In this document: positions 10,481-23,430 of the stretch, one piece after another
How the letters are laid out: the number at the start of each line of letters is the position of its first letter
Position numbering within the stretch: the stretch's first letter is position 1
From: Phoronis australis
Taxonomy: Eukaryota > Animalia > Phoronida
Length of the DNA: 64,000 nt
Assembly: GCA_002633005.1 (NCBI GenBank)
Contig: NMRA01000597.1
Location: forward strand, 115,988-179,987
Direction: 5' to 3'
Position numbers and translations under genes: made by a program
Notes under the pieces: model-generated
What the model saw: the letters and a program-made list of their open reading frames with translations, nothing else
What the model was told of the DNA's origin: nothing
Database searches by the model: none

Positions 10481-11592
10481 GAGTTCACTTGGGACTCTAC
10501 TACAATTAAAGCACCGGTTGGGGGAATAATTATTCTAATTTATGTGCCGTGGAGTATTTGCAGAACTTTTACATTTTGAAGTGTAGTTCTTTGTATTATA
10601 AGAATAAATACAAGTATTTTGCGACCATTTGGTTTTACGTTGTTTGAAGTCATGTTTCTCCTGCATGGTGTTGACTCCTGTTCGTAAGGACACTTTGTGT
10701 GGAGGTCACTGTAGTTTGCCGCATAACTGGTTCTCTCAACCAAATTTTGTACGCCATAGCCTTTAACGTTGACATAAATTAAGACGGCAGAACGGTCAAA
10801 CTCAGGAAGGGGTTCCTAAAAAAGTGTCGTCAACTCAGCCAGATATTTCGCCGCTCTCTCACACCGTCTCCAGATAGTTATTTGCCCTTTGTTGTATTGC
10901 CTAAGGCCAGCCTCCGGCTCCGATGCGTGCAAGGATTCACCATTATGATTCTGCAGTGATTCATTCAATAAATGTTTGAATTTCTCGACAGGTAAAGAAG
11001 TTTCTAATGAACAACTGGAAATATAAGTCACTAATTTCCCCCAAAATCTTCAGAATATGGAGTTAAAACGACACCAAACTAATTTGATTCCGTGTGAAAT
11101 CGGTACCAGAGTTTGACATTCATCATATTCGTTGTGAGTTAATTGTCAAGGCGTCACTTTTTCATCATTGCTCTTTGACCAAGTGCAATCAATGTCAAAT
11201 GTACCATTACAACCCTACCCGCTTAGCATTGCGCTTTAGTCAAAGACAGGTATTCAACAATAAGAGATTTTCTGAAAATAGCAAGAAAGTGTTCGGAAAC
11301 AGGTGGTGGGTCATGACATTACGCCATCAGAGCTTGAATATTGCTTCTTTGGTTTGAAATTGACTCAATTCATACTCCAGTCGGTAGGCCATGGAACTTC
11401 GCTTATAACGTTTTTTAGCTAAACATATTCTGGGGCGCATGCAACGATCGACTTGTTCAAATTAACTAATGCCTTTTGATAAGGGTGCGACGATTAATCG
11501 AATTATAATCGAACTCGATACAGGAGCAAACGATTTCGATATCGACATGCCTAAGCACATTTCGATTTATTATGTAATTCCAATTTCGCCGT

Positions 11593-12149
11593 CATGACGC
11601 GAATTCCCGTTGCTCCCAACTTGTTCAATTCTATAGCAAAACAACAAGTTGGGAAGTTTACTCCCATAGCCAATATCTTACACGACTGATTAACTCCATT
11701 CTGGCATTTATGGTTAGGGGGCCTGCGTTTTTTTTTTCGATAATTGCTCTAATCTCCGATCAGATCGTATCTAGCCTGACTGGGCTGTGCTATTAAAAAT
11801 GAAAGTTAAGTTATAACATATTTGAGCTTAAACCAACAGAATTTCTGAATTCCTTGTCAAATGGTGATCATGTTTCGTATTTGAATCACCAAAATTGCCC
11901 TGCTACAACAGAAGTGAAGACAACCTATTCTGTCCAAACGGAAGCACTGGGTTTGACTGTGTTCATACACGTTCGGTAATAGCGTGCAACCACCATACGT
12001 TTCCTTTGAAGCCTGGGAGATAATTGGCTTGCTTGTTATCATACGGGACAAAAGACTGAGCTGGGCAGTTAACAAAAGAGCCAGATGTTATCCCACGTTC
12101 AGCACCCCTCACTTCTGGAAAAGTGACTGAACGACAGAACGCTGTAATG
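11593..12149 (+). repeat. Dispersed ~0.55-kb repeat (unclassified, short CATGACG...GTAATG ends)
   Basis: An inverted homolog lies at 54526-55047, where it is present in the intron of one dioxygenase copy and absent from the other. Confidence 0.7.
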
Positions 12150-13001
12150 TGTTATGGCAGACGGCTTAATATCCTAACCGCCAAGGAAAAAGTAAGCCAG
12201 ATAGCTAGTCTGACAGGTAAGATAAGAATAATCTCAAGAAAGAGGCAAAATATAAGGAAAAACTTCCAAACACAAGGCAAATTTTAACTTCAGGAAACTC
12301 AGAAAACGGCTCTTGTTGAGACCACAGACTATAGTACATGGACCGCTATTTCCGTATATTTTCAATGAACGAAATGTGTGATCTTACGCATAAGCCGTGA
12401 CGTCATTATTTACTAGCGACACTTCGTAGTACACTCTCTCACGGTGCTACGAAAAGTAGCACTGTGGAATGTTGTTTAACATGGCTTCTCGTTGGTTAAA
12501 GTAATGAAACCGACGTCATAACACTCAGTCGTTCCCACTGGTTGAAATCTGGGAAACCCCTTTCAGTTTACTGTTTCGCAATTTGGCGACCACCTCGGAC
12601 TTAATTAGTTGTAATGTATTAAAACGGGCAGTGATTGAAGTAAACAAAATCAAGGAAACACCGATCCAGTGGCTTAAGCCCAAACAAGAAGCATAGAAGG
12701 CGTGTGCAAGTGGTGGCGATGTGATCGGTAAACTTCCAACCAAGCATGGGCATTGATGCCCATACACGGAATTCCGTGTGTCGGTCATCATGCGTCCACA
12801 GGGTTACTTTTCAGTATAGGTGGCGCTGTGTCAGAGGGTAAAAATTAGCATGTTTTACTTCCAGCAAGTACGTCGTCTGCTAATCGTAGTCAGCTGTGCG
12901 TGGTCGGGTGTTCGGCCACACAGGCGAAATGTAAAAGACTAGTAATTTTCCACAGCACTGAAGTTTGAATTTTGCAATTACATGACCAGTACCATTGCCA
13001 A

Positions 13002-13810
13002 CAGTGGCGGATCTAGGATATCACAAGGGGGGGCAACATTTTGTCCGGCTGTAAGCGTTTGCGCAAACCACGATTGTACTGAGATACGTATAGCACCGAA
13101 TGGGGGGAGGTCGGGAGCCGGTTTGCCCCCCAGGAAATTTTTCTGTTTTTTCCTCTAAAAATCAAGCATTTTCCTTTATTCCTGATGTATTATCCAAGAA
13201 AAAAGGCAAAAAAACACGGAGAACGTGTCAAACAGAGAAACTGTAAGTACCACAGACTCGAACTCACGACCTGGCGGTTAGTGCGAGCGTGCCTTACCAC
13301 TACACCACCACGATTTTTACTACTAATCTCATTCTAAGATACCTACTTGTTTATGGTCCACAGCGTTTGCGCGCGAAACCTGTTTCTTTTTGTAATGCTT
13401 ATTACACGTTTTATATTTTGTGCTATTGGTTCTGAACAAATTTGTTGTATTTAAAATAGTCTTCAAATATCCAAAAGACCAAATCCGTTTTTCGTGTTGG
13501 CAATAATGACAGGATTGCTTTGGAAATCGTCTTAAGTTAAGGCTTGACAAAGAGAGAATTATGAGTTTCTGAGTGATTCACTAAGGCTTCGATTAAAATT
13601 CACATCTTAATAGCAGCTTCTGTTTTTTCATCGTCACTCAGGTTCCATTTTCTTTAAAAAATGAAGTAAATTTTCTTCATTGCACAGTGGAGCAGACGAC
13701 GGAAACGGAGTCGTAGTGCGCAGCGCCACTGCCGGTCGCCTTGGATATCGCGGGAGAGCCTATACTTAGCCATAGTTCCGTTACGAATGCGCTGTGTTCC
13801 GAATTTGACA
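13002..13810 (+). mobile_element. hAT5-like MITE copy 2 (right end lost in the gap)
   Basis: Starts CAGTGGCGGATCTAGGATATCACAAGG and is colinear with 4892-5700. Confidence 0.85.
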
Positions 13811-14687
13811 NNNNNNNNNNNNNNNNNNNNNNNNNNNNNNNNNNNNNNNNNNNNNNNNNNNNNNNNNNNNNNNNNNNNNNNNNNNNNNNNNNNNNNNNNN
13901 NNNNNNNNNNNNNNNNNNNNNNNNNNNNNNNNNNNNNNNNNNNNNNNNNNNNNNNNNNNNNNNNNNNNNNNNNNNNNNNNNNNNNNNNNNNNNNNNNNNN
14001 NNNNNNNNNNNNNNNNNNNNNNNNNNNNNNNNNNNNNNNNNNNNNNNNNNNNNNNNNNNNNNNNNNNNNNNNNNNNNNNNNNNNNNNNNNNNNNNNNNNN
14101 NNNNNNNNNNNNNNNNNNNNNNNNNNNNNNNNNNNNNNNNNNNNNNNNNNNNNNNNNNNNNNNNNNNNNNNNNNNNNNNNNNNNNNNNNNNNNNNNNNNN
14201 NNNNNNNNNNNNNNNNNNNNNNNNNNNNNNNNNNNNNNNNNNNNNNNNNNNNNNNNNNNNNNNNNNNNNNNNNNNNNNNNNNNNNNNNNNNNNNNNNNNN
14301 NNNNNNNNNNNNNNNNNNNNNNNNNNNNNNNNNNNNNNNNNNNNNNNNNNNNNNNNNNNNNNNNNNNNNNNNNNNNNNNNNNNNNNNNNNNNNNNNNNNN
14401 NNNNNNNNNNNNNNNNNNNNNNNNNNNNNNNNNNNNNNNNNNNNNNNNNNNNNNNNNNNNNNNNNNNNNNNNNNNNNNNNNNNNNNNNNNNNNNNNNNNN
14501 NNNNNNNNNNNNNNNNNNNNNNNNNNNNNNNNNNNNNNNNNNNNNNNNNNNNNNNNNNNNNNNNNNNNNNNNNNNNNNNNNNNNNNNNNNNNNNNNNNNN
14601 NNNNNNNNNNNNNNNNNNNNNNNNNNNNNNNNNNNNNNNNNNNNNNNNNNNNNNNNNNNNNNNNNNNNNNNNNNNNNNNNNNNNNNN
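13811..14687. other. Assembly gap (further gaps at 17500-18154 and 62427-62517; single Ns at 34624, 46740 and 49932)
   Basis: Runs of N. Confidence 1.
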
Positions 14688-16574
14688 ATGAATATGCTCA
14701 AGTTATTTGTAGACTAAATTGTGTCCAAAGTCAAGGTATGTGTTAATTATAACTTCATGTGCACATATGCATGTTTCATTTGATTTCATTTGCTGTATTT
14801 TGAAGTGAATATCTTTTTATGGGGACACACTATCGCCCCTGTATGCCTGCGCATTTCAGGCCTAGAGCGGGTTAAGTTCCAATTTCAGTCCGTTCACAGC
14901 TTCGCACAACATAACAAGGTCACATTTTTTTCGTCTATTCACAGTTATTCCACGACCCATCTACCATATCTTAAGTTATTTTAACGTTTTAAGCGTAAAA
15001 TTCACCATAAGAACTCCAGCAAGTTTTAGCGTGTGTAGCAAAGACTCGGGGCAAAACAAGAGCAATATGGCGGGTTTTGCCCCCTTTTCGGTGACGTCAC
15101 AGTGACTAGCGAGAAACTCGCAAGTGAGCTATTACCCGACCATAAACTGTAGTAAACACCTCTGACTGTATACATACTGGCGAATTTTCAAAATGCATTG
15201 ACCAACAGTTTTCGTTAAAAACAAATACCACAGCTGTATTCAGATAGAAAAAACAAGCAAGTTTGGTATTCGATTTTTAAAAATGGATGAACTATCAGGC
15301 TAAAATGTACAAACAATGGGTTCGATCGAAGATAAACAACTGTGCGTATTGATATACTCGGTGATTTACAAACGCAAATCAGAGTTAACAATATCACGTG
15401 GATTAGTCTTTTAATATACAACTAAGCTACATTAAAACATCTATGAACAACACACAGTGACTAAATTAGATATCAATAATTTTTAAAACATCGCTTATGG
15501 CCCAGTGTATGCCGAACTACTTTACTCCAGGAGTAGTACACTAACCGAAAAACTGCTATTCGCAGAAATGCGGCAAGTTCGATATTTAGCTTGTAGGTGT
15601 AGTGGCACACCTCTGAAGACAACTAAGATGGCTAGCTTTGTAGTCAACGAGAGAGTGCATGCAAGCAGTGGCTGAGGTTGGTGCAGTAGGTGGGCAAGAG
15701 CTGTGATTTCATTTTTATGACAGGAAAAGCTAGAATAGTTATGGAGTTACTGTAACCAAAATTGTCCAGAGGTTCCAAATCTTTAGTTTGGCTATCACCA
15801 TATTTGCACATTTGTATATATTTTATGATTTGAGTTTTAATAAATATTGAAATTGAACTAATGGTACGTGAAGTTTTGTTTGCTGTGACATGTTTGGTGT
15901 ACGGTGCAGTTGTAATCTGAAAAATTAGGGATGGGTTCACAGTTAACTGACTTCTAAGATAGCAACCCTAACCGTTAAAAAAGCAAGTAGACAGGATAAT
16001 TAAAATAAAGTAATGAAAACAGGTAACAATTTGGGTGCAATAACAACCACCATTGTTAAGAAAGTAGTGCTAGCTATTACCTTTCCACTTCATTAGCTCA
16101 GATCTACATCAATACAAAGGGCGTGCTGAATAGGTATCGCAAAAGTTACTTGTCTGGGGCTTATTAGGGTGACCAGTGTAAGCGAGAAATTCTGCACATG
16201 GCTTTAAAAGCATCCATGTTTATAATACCAGCTGTGTTTGTGGATTTAACTTCGACTTAGTCGAAAAGAACACTCCAATCACTTAGTTCAGATATGCACC
16301 ATGGGATGCAGGCACATGTAGTGTACATCACAAAACAACTTTAACGTTTGGGTGGCTGACCCTACAAGCAAATCATGAGCTTACCAAATGTGGAAGTTTC
16401 AAAGTTTGGAAGTTTAGACAAATCTTGGACTTAGTCAAAAATGAAAATTTTTTGGAACGGACCCCTGTAGTTCTATGAGTTACATGTATGCATCGGTACT
16501 CCAGTAAGCTATTTCATTGGACAGATGACGGTGGGGGGGGGAGTCTAGCTTCACGCAGTTTGACGTATATTTAA

Positions 16575-18420
16575 AGGCGAAGGCAACCTTTTTCCATGTC
16601 ATTTTGAGCTAAAATAAGGTTGGTTGGTTATCCTAGACATATTTTCCACTTAATTACAGCTTTTCGTAATTTTATAAATTTCTTGTCCGCAACTCCGGAA
16701 GTGACGTTTTAGGAGGCAAGCGTTTCCCGCCACTTGGTTTTGCGTTGGCTTTACCGTGCGAATCTGTTCTATTCTACTTTTGTTGTGTGCTCTTTTTCAA
16801 CAATTGTCGCCACCACTTGCCATCAGCGAGTATTCCTTGGCAAGGTAGGTTAGTAGAGAACTCAACTACGTTGGACTTAGGGATTGTTTAGTGTGTTGTA
16901 AGCTTAAAATGGCTGGAGTCGGTGACCCGTATCACAGTGACAGTAGTGTGAGTGACGTAGACCTTGTTCACAGCAGTGGTGACGAGGAATTTTTTCACGG
17001 ACATTCAGTGGGTGGGTACATGTTTGAGCCCGAGTATAACGAGGCAGAGTACGCACAGGCAGAGGGAGCTGTTGAGAGAAACGAGGCGGCTACTGAGGAC
17101 AGACATGGTGACACATCTTGGTGCAAATGCACTGTGTGCGTTGTTATGCCTACCCCAATGGAATGCTTGTGCTGTTCAGAGTTCGACGAGGCCAAGCCAC
17201 TACTGGACATGGTTAAGTGGACCTCCGGCATACCACGGACAACTGTCCCACTTGCCAGAGTGTCCCGCGACACACTCCCACTGGATGGTGACCTGAGCAC
17301 CCAAACTGCTTACATCGTGTCGTGTGACTCCCCGCCACACACCTGGCACCTTCTAAATAGCTCCAACACTTTAGACAAGTCCACAATAAACTTATCAAAG
17401 TTTGGCTCACCGATCTGTTCACTGGACGACGAACTGTCCTCTTCACTGGGTGTCAAACTGAGCCTGTAATCACTCCCACTACTCAATATCGCTGCAGGGN
17501 NNNNNNNNNNNNNNNNNNNNNNNNNNNNNNNNNNNNNNNNNNNNNNNNNNNNNNNNNNNNNNNNNNNNNNNNNNNNNNNNNNNNNNNNNNNNNNNNNNNN
17601 NNNNNNNNNNNNNNNNNNNNNNNNNNNNNNNNNNNNNNNNNNNNNNNNNNNNNNNNNNNNNNNNNNNNNNNNNNNNNNNNNNNNNNNNNNNNNNNNNNNN
17701 NNNNNNNNNNNNNNNNNNNNNNNNNNNNNNNNNNNNNNNNNNNNNNNNNNNNNNNNNNNNNNNNNNNNNNNNNNNNNNNNNNNNNNNNNNNNNNNNNNNN
17801 NNNNNNNNNNNNNNNNNNNNNNNNNNNNNNNNNNNNNNNNNNNNNNNNNNNNNNNNNNNNNNNNNNNNNNNNNNNNNNNNNNNNNNNNNNNNNNNNNNNN
17901 NNNNNNNNNNNNNNNNNNNNNNNNNNNNNNNNNNNNNNNNNNNNNNNNNNNNNNNNNNNNNNNNNNNNNNNNNNNNNNNNNNNNNNNNNNNNNNNNNNNN
18001 NNNNNNNNNNNNNNNNNNNNNNNNNNNNNNNNNNNNNNNNNNNNNNNNNNNNNNNNNNNNNNNNNNNNNNNNNNNNNNNNNNNNNNNNNNNNNNNNNNNN
18101 NNNNNNNNNNNNNNNNNNNNNNNNNNNNNNNNNNNNNNNNNNNNNNNNNNNNNNTGTTGACTGACTAGTAAATGAAAGCAAACGACGGCGGAACTTAACA
18201 CAACCGAGGTAGAACAATGACTGACTCGGCAGCTCTCACAGTCAGACTATATGAAAAGAAATTGGCGCGAAATGCTTGCCTCCTAAAACGTCACTTCCGG
18301 AGTAGCGGACGAGTAATTAATAAAATTACGAAAAACTTTAATTAAGTGGAAAATATGTCTAGGATAACCAACCAACCTTATTTTAGCTCAAAATGACATG
18401 GAAAAAGGTTGCCTTCGCCT
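16575..18420. mobile_element. Kolobok DNA transposon, internally deleted
   Basis: ~150-bp TIRs starting AGGCGAAGGCAACC, with TTAA on both sides (16571-16574, 18421-18424). It carries a plus-strand Cys-rich ORF and minus-strand transposase fragments (KFIVDL..CxxC..CVAGH..W). Confidence 0.85.
16909..17215 (+). pseudogene. Truncated Kolobok second ORF, resembling the P2X7 C-terminal (ballast) Cys-rich domain
   Basis: YMFEPE...SWCKCTVCVVMPTPMECLCCSEF. Past ~17240 the frame simply reads antisense transposase sequence. Confidence 0.75.
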
Positions 18421-20370
18421 TTAATGTGCAATTGTGATATAACCTATTACAATAAGAAAGTGTCGCGTTGTCGATGAGGCTAGTAAGTTTCCGTAAGTCA
18501 CTGGCCTACGGTCACCCACATACGTTTTACAAGATTAATTGTCATTAAAAAGCACATTAGGTTCTTTTGAAAATAATATAAAATAAAGTAAAAATGGTAG
18601 TGAAACTGCGAATTTCTTTCACTATTCATGGAAATCACTTAAACTGATATTTGAATTCTTCTTGCATCATTGACGAGCATTGACAAAATTATCATTCAAA
18701 ATATGCTTTTCATGAATTTCAGAATATGATCGTCCTACATGTATGTAAATGGTTTTGCCCATTTCTCCTAGCTAGAACCTTGAAAAGAATGTCGCTTAGT
18801 TCGTCAGAGGAAACATGAATTTAGTAAAGAGTGCAAGCAAATGTCACATTTATGAAGACAAAACAGGTAAAAAATATTTGTATTTAATTTAAGACGAAAT
18901 CTAAAAGCCCACCAGAGACATTCCATTATGTCCCTCTCGTCGTCATCCTCAATTATTTTTGTTTGCGCCAAAGGTTTAAAAGTAAAAGAAAAATTTTGAA
19001 AGTTTTATTTGATGCCGAAACTTTAAGTTAAAGTTGAGATTCTTATCTGATAGAAACCAGACCCGATAGAATCCGAATTAGCTGTTCGGCCAAATAAGAT
19101 GCTCGTTTATATATATAATTCTGGCCTTAAGTCTAATACAAAATGCGTTAATTTAGGGATTTAAAGTTTCACACCAAAAAGCAATGAGCATTTACAATGA
19201 AATTTCTTCATCTGAAGTGCCAGATATGGGATTTAGGTAACAGACATCCAGTATACAGTGAACCATGCCTGTTCGTGCACATGTTTATCTCACGGCTCAT
19301 CCAACAGACGTCGTTCCCGTCACATTTCGAAGAAAAAGTCAACTCTGTCCACGTTTGTGTGAACACAGAAACCTGTCTTCGTTTAGCGCCAATTGTTTTG
19401 GAAGTGTATCTAGAAGTAAGTTTTTTTCAGCTTGGGCGTTGCAAAGCGTTCTATTTACGATCTCGCTACGCAAGTTAACCGCTATTTGAGCCTGAGGCCA
19501 ACCCCTAGCTCGAGTTTTGAGCTAAGCCTACTAGTTGCATATATCGTGAAACAAACGTTGCACATCAATCATTGGGTGTTGTTTGATAGCATACACGCGA
19601 GTTTAATTGTACAATGTGACATCTTTTTCCAATTTAAATACCGATAGTGAATCATGCAGATGAAACTCGTTACAATTACGATGGTACTACCAGCTTGTAG
19701 GTATCTTGTACGGATTCGTTAACGATCAGTTCGTGTGTTCTGTAGACATCGTGACGATCGAGAATTGAGCGAAAAAGCAAAACTCAGCAAGATATTGCCA
19801 TAACAAGACGGCAGAGTGGCGATTCTTTACGTACCAACCAACTATTGTATGACCGGCGACTGAGGGACGACACACTCTGATGGCGTGCGATTTGCCACAG
19901 GCCACGAGATTTCATCAACCAGGAAGTGTTGATACAGTGACACTCAACAGGGTAGAGCTCAATAACGCTAGAACCTCGCTAGAATCTAGCCAAAAGTCAA
20001 ATGTTTCCATGTAGAATACACAGCGATACTTCACGTAATCTCGCAATGTCTTGCTTTTTAGCGAGGTCCTAGCGTTAGTTTTGGTCACATGCATTTGTTT
20101 TTGGCCAAACATGAGTGAGAACCGTAAAATCAGCGCTTATGCAAAAAAAAAACATTGTATAAGCCGACATTTCGGTTTATTATATCACTAAATCATTCCC
20201 AAGAGTAATGTTCCTCACAATACTCTAGTCAGGTAACTCAGAAGAACAGTCTGCAGCGGTACACACCAAAATGCATAGTGAGGAGAGAGGTCACTGAGAA
20301 ATCAACACAGATGAAGCTCAAATGAACCAAAGAACACACCCAGCTGTTCTTAACCATTCGTTGTTTACAG

Positions 20371-20902
20371 AAGCGTGTTCAATAGAGTGAGCGCCCGCGA
20401 GCGATTTGAGCGCCCTCGTCCTGAACAGCTGTGTTCACGTTAGCGCTCGCGAACAACCTCGCCAGAGCATGTTCGCTTAGATTTCCAAGATGGCGTCCTG
20501 CGAAGGCTTCACGTCTGCAACATATGAATCCATTATGGTTCTGCAACACGAAAACTAACCTCAAAAGTTGACCGACTCATCCGAAACTGCGGACTTAAAT
20601 TGCGGATCGCTGTAGCGAGTAACAGTTTCCTCGACATAATTTTCGATTCTTGTCGGGCCAAAGCCTTCACGGTTGTCATGGGCTGCCGATATTAATAATT
20701 ATTGGCAAAGATTAATCATATTTATCGCTCAGTACGCCATAGGAAGGACTGTTAGTGTTACGCTCATCGGCTAAGACGTTCAACACAATCTGCTTCAGAG
20801 TCGCCATACTGGATCGCACAGTGAGCGCTCACAGCTGTTCAGGAGCTGTTCCTTATATTCGCGAGTACACGCTAGCGGGCGCTCACTCTATTGAACACGC
20901 TT
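20371..20902. mobile_element. PIF/Harbinger-like MITE nested in the Penelope fragment
   Basis: 28-bp TIR AAGCGTGTTCAATAGAGTGAGCGCCCGC, with CAG on both flanks. Confidence 0.75.
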
Positions 20903-21163
20903 CAGGTCACACTATAGATTACTCTGGTGTTCAGATCTTGAACAAGGTCAATACCACCCTCAGGTTCCTCATAAAAGAGGCTATGCACATACGGTTGAGT
21001 CACGCTGAGCGCTATTTGAATGGAAACATTGGTTTAAATGAGCTGCAATTATTTTGAATTTATCTGGTCTTTCTCCTTACAATGTATTTTGATGTGTACC
21101 TGTGCAGACTTTTCTCATGTGTTACCTGACTGGAGTATTGTGAATATTGTGAAGAACTTTTGT

Positions 21164-21202
21164 CTTGAGAATGGTTTAGTGATAGTAAACCGAAACGTCG
21201 AC
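21164..21202 (+). ncRNA. Minimal hammerhead-ribozyme-like motif in the Penelope pseudo-LTR
   Basis: CTTGAGAA-T-GGTTTA-loop-TAAACC-GAAA-CGTCGAC. The core is a variant of CUGANGA...GAAA. A decayed inverted copy lies at ~20163-20203. Confidence 0.45.
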
Positions 21203-21484
21203 TTATACAATGCCTTGATTTAAAAGTTCTTACTACCCTGTTTTTGCTGATTTTGGACGTGAAAAAACAGGTCGGTCATCTCCGACAATCTGTTCCACAG
21301 GATGTACAAAACCTGAAAATATGAAAAGTTTAATGGCCCAAAGACTTCATAAATCTTGCACAAAGCCTATTAATTGAAACTGATTCCAAAGTCAATTTCC
21401 CCACCTTTTGCGACTACCGGAATTGTAGCCGGCTACTAAACGGAGCAAAAATACGCCAAATCAGCAGTATTCCCCCCAATTTAA

Positions 21485-23430
21485 AGGAGACTGCCACCCA
21501 AAAAAACAACCTGTTCTGTATCAATTTAGATCGAGTAGTTTGACTAGATAACAACAAGTACAGCTATTTTACCTGACGGCAGACGGAGGAGTTAAAATTA
21601 ACCAATGACGTGTAGAGGTTCTAATGGGATCTGCTCAGCAATTCACAACACGCTTACTGGTGTCAGCTTATCGCTTGAATTCACCGTTTTACATCAATAA
21701 ATCATCAAAATTCGGTGTAAAACCCTTACAAATGCATCGAATTATTAAACAAACGTGTTATCTTATTTCGCTGTTACGGTAGGCCAGTTTACCGCAAGGT
21801 CGATCGCGGGAGTTTGGCGTCTGTTTCGTCGGTGATAAATTCAAAGTATTCGTCCGTGAAATACAGACAGGAGAACGTAGTTGCTTGCTGTAAATTTAGA
21901 CTTGTGATTTTTTCAGTTCTAAACACACAAAACGCTTGCTATCCCGGCCAGTGGCTCGGAACCCGATCACAGGCCCATCGCGGCCGGACAGAAGACATGA
22001 CGAACATAAACCAGTCAAAATTGGAAACTAAACTTCCAGTCACGAAAGGACTATACTAGTGAGCCAAATAAAATGTGCACGCTCGTCATTTTGGTGAATT
22101 AGCCGCGAAACTGCAAATCTACTTATTAGCTCGTCGGGGGCCTCGAAGTCAGGTCACCCTTCCACACAACCGTCAGTACAGTATCAATGATTCGAATAAT
22201 GCATATGAATATCTAAATAAAGATTCCCCTAACAAGACCATAGGATATAAAATGTAGTTATTGTTTCACAACAGCTTTCTGTCAGCAAACACTGAATTAA
22301 TTAGCATGCGCTCACACGGCTTCGGTGCCGCGGTCAATTAGCCTGTTTATCAGTATTGCATCTAAAGCTGGTAACGCAGTGATTTGTTTATTGCTAGCTT
22401 CTCAAAACATTTTCGCTGGCGAACACTCCAAAGCATTACAAATTGTGTCTAATGAGACAGACTTTGTTTCAGTTTTATATAAGCATTGGTTAGGGTGAGA
22501 ATAATTCCTTTTGAAGAAACACAGAACGCGATAAACGTCAAAGTGGCAACTCACAACTGAATCTCGATTTAGACGAGCCATCCGACGAAGACTTCACAGG
22601 TCGATTGTTAGGTTTCACTGGAATACACTAGTGGTCAAGGAAATAATAGAGAAGTACGGTGAACGTGCACTGATAACGGAGCATATGAATAGTCCCGAAA
22701 ACTGTTTCAAAGAAGTGCAATGGTGTCGGTGAGCTAACTGCATGATAATGGAACGACTGAGGCTTGCGTTTGCTGCCACGAAATTCCGCAAGCTAAACGA
22801 ATTCTTGGAGAATCGCAGATGTGTCTTACGGATCATCATGATTTTGCACCGCATCTAAAAAAGGTGTGCTTACGACGTTTTTTTAGGTCTGAGAACTGGC
22901 GAAAACATCCTACACCCGGAGAACCAAACAGAAGCCCAACGAACGAGTCAGTCATCAAACAGGTTATATAAAACGTTATGTTCTCACACCTTGAATTAAT
23001 TGTAATTATGGCCAACTACAATTCTTCATAATCAAAAACTGATCAACAACCGATCCCAGGAAATGCAGGCCACTCACTGACCGTGATCGAGACACGGAGA
23101 AGTTTCACGGCCTCTTACTTGGTATTAATGGCTTACTTTTCATTCTTTACCACTGCGAGCCACTTCCGAAAGTTTATGAGCTCTCGAGGAAATCGAAAAA
23201 ACTATACACCCGCTTTCCTCGCAGCCTCATAGTTCGCACAAGCGGGAACGATAGACCACACCATAGCGGCACTCACTCTGCCGAATAACCACTGACGTCG
23301 CTGCGTCGTTTCTCACCTTACTCACAGGTTAATGCGACACCTCTCGGCGAGGTAAAATCAACCGTATACGTGTGGATATAGACCGATTAAGACGGTAAAA
23401 AGAACTTATTAAATCGGGTGGCATTCTCCT
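21485..23430. mobile_element. Second Kolobok family, decayed non-autonomous copy
   Basis: TIR AGGAGA(C/A)TGCCACCC with TTAA / TAAA flanks. Relic WCR*ANCMIM..EACVCCHEI..CLTDHHDF at 22721-22850 (+) and a THAP-like relic FFRFPRE..RKWL at ~23135-23270 (-). Confidence 0.75.

Larger units (their letters stand above)
20152..21212 (+). mobile_element. Penelope-like retroelement fragment: GIY-YIG 3' end with inverted pseudo-LTRs
   Basis: Removing the nested MITE restores AVLNHSLFTGHTIDYSGVQIL...IKEAMHI...LNGNIG. Region 20152-20292 is an inverted copy of 21066-21212. Confidence 0.75.

Noticed and set aside
12154-12881. Possible MITE with (T/A)GCAGACG ends; also a lone TIR-like end near 15105-15135
   Set aside because: The terminal match is too short or degenerate, and no clear TSD or second copy exists in the window.
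17216-17469. C-terminal half of the 192-aa ORF as a real protein extension
   Set aside because: It is the antisense of Kolobok transposase sequence joined by an internal deletion; the same DNA recurs at 25860-26110.
13741-18217. Long ORFs made of X residues
   Set aside because: Produced by translating N gaps.
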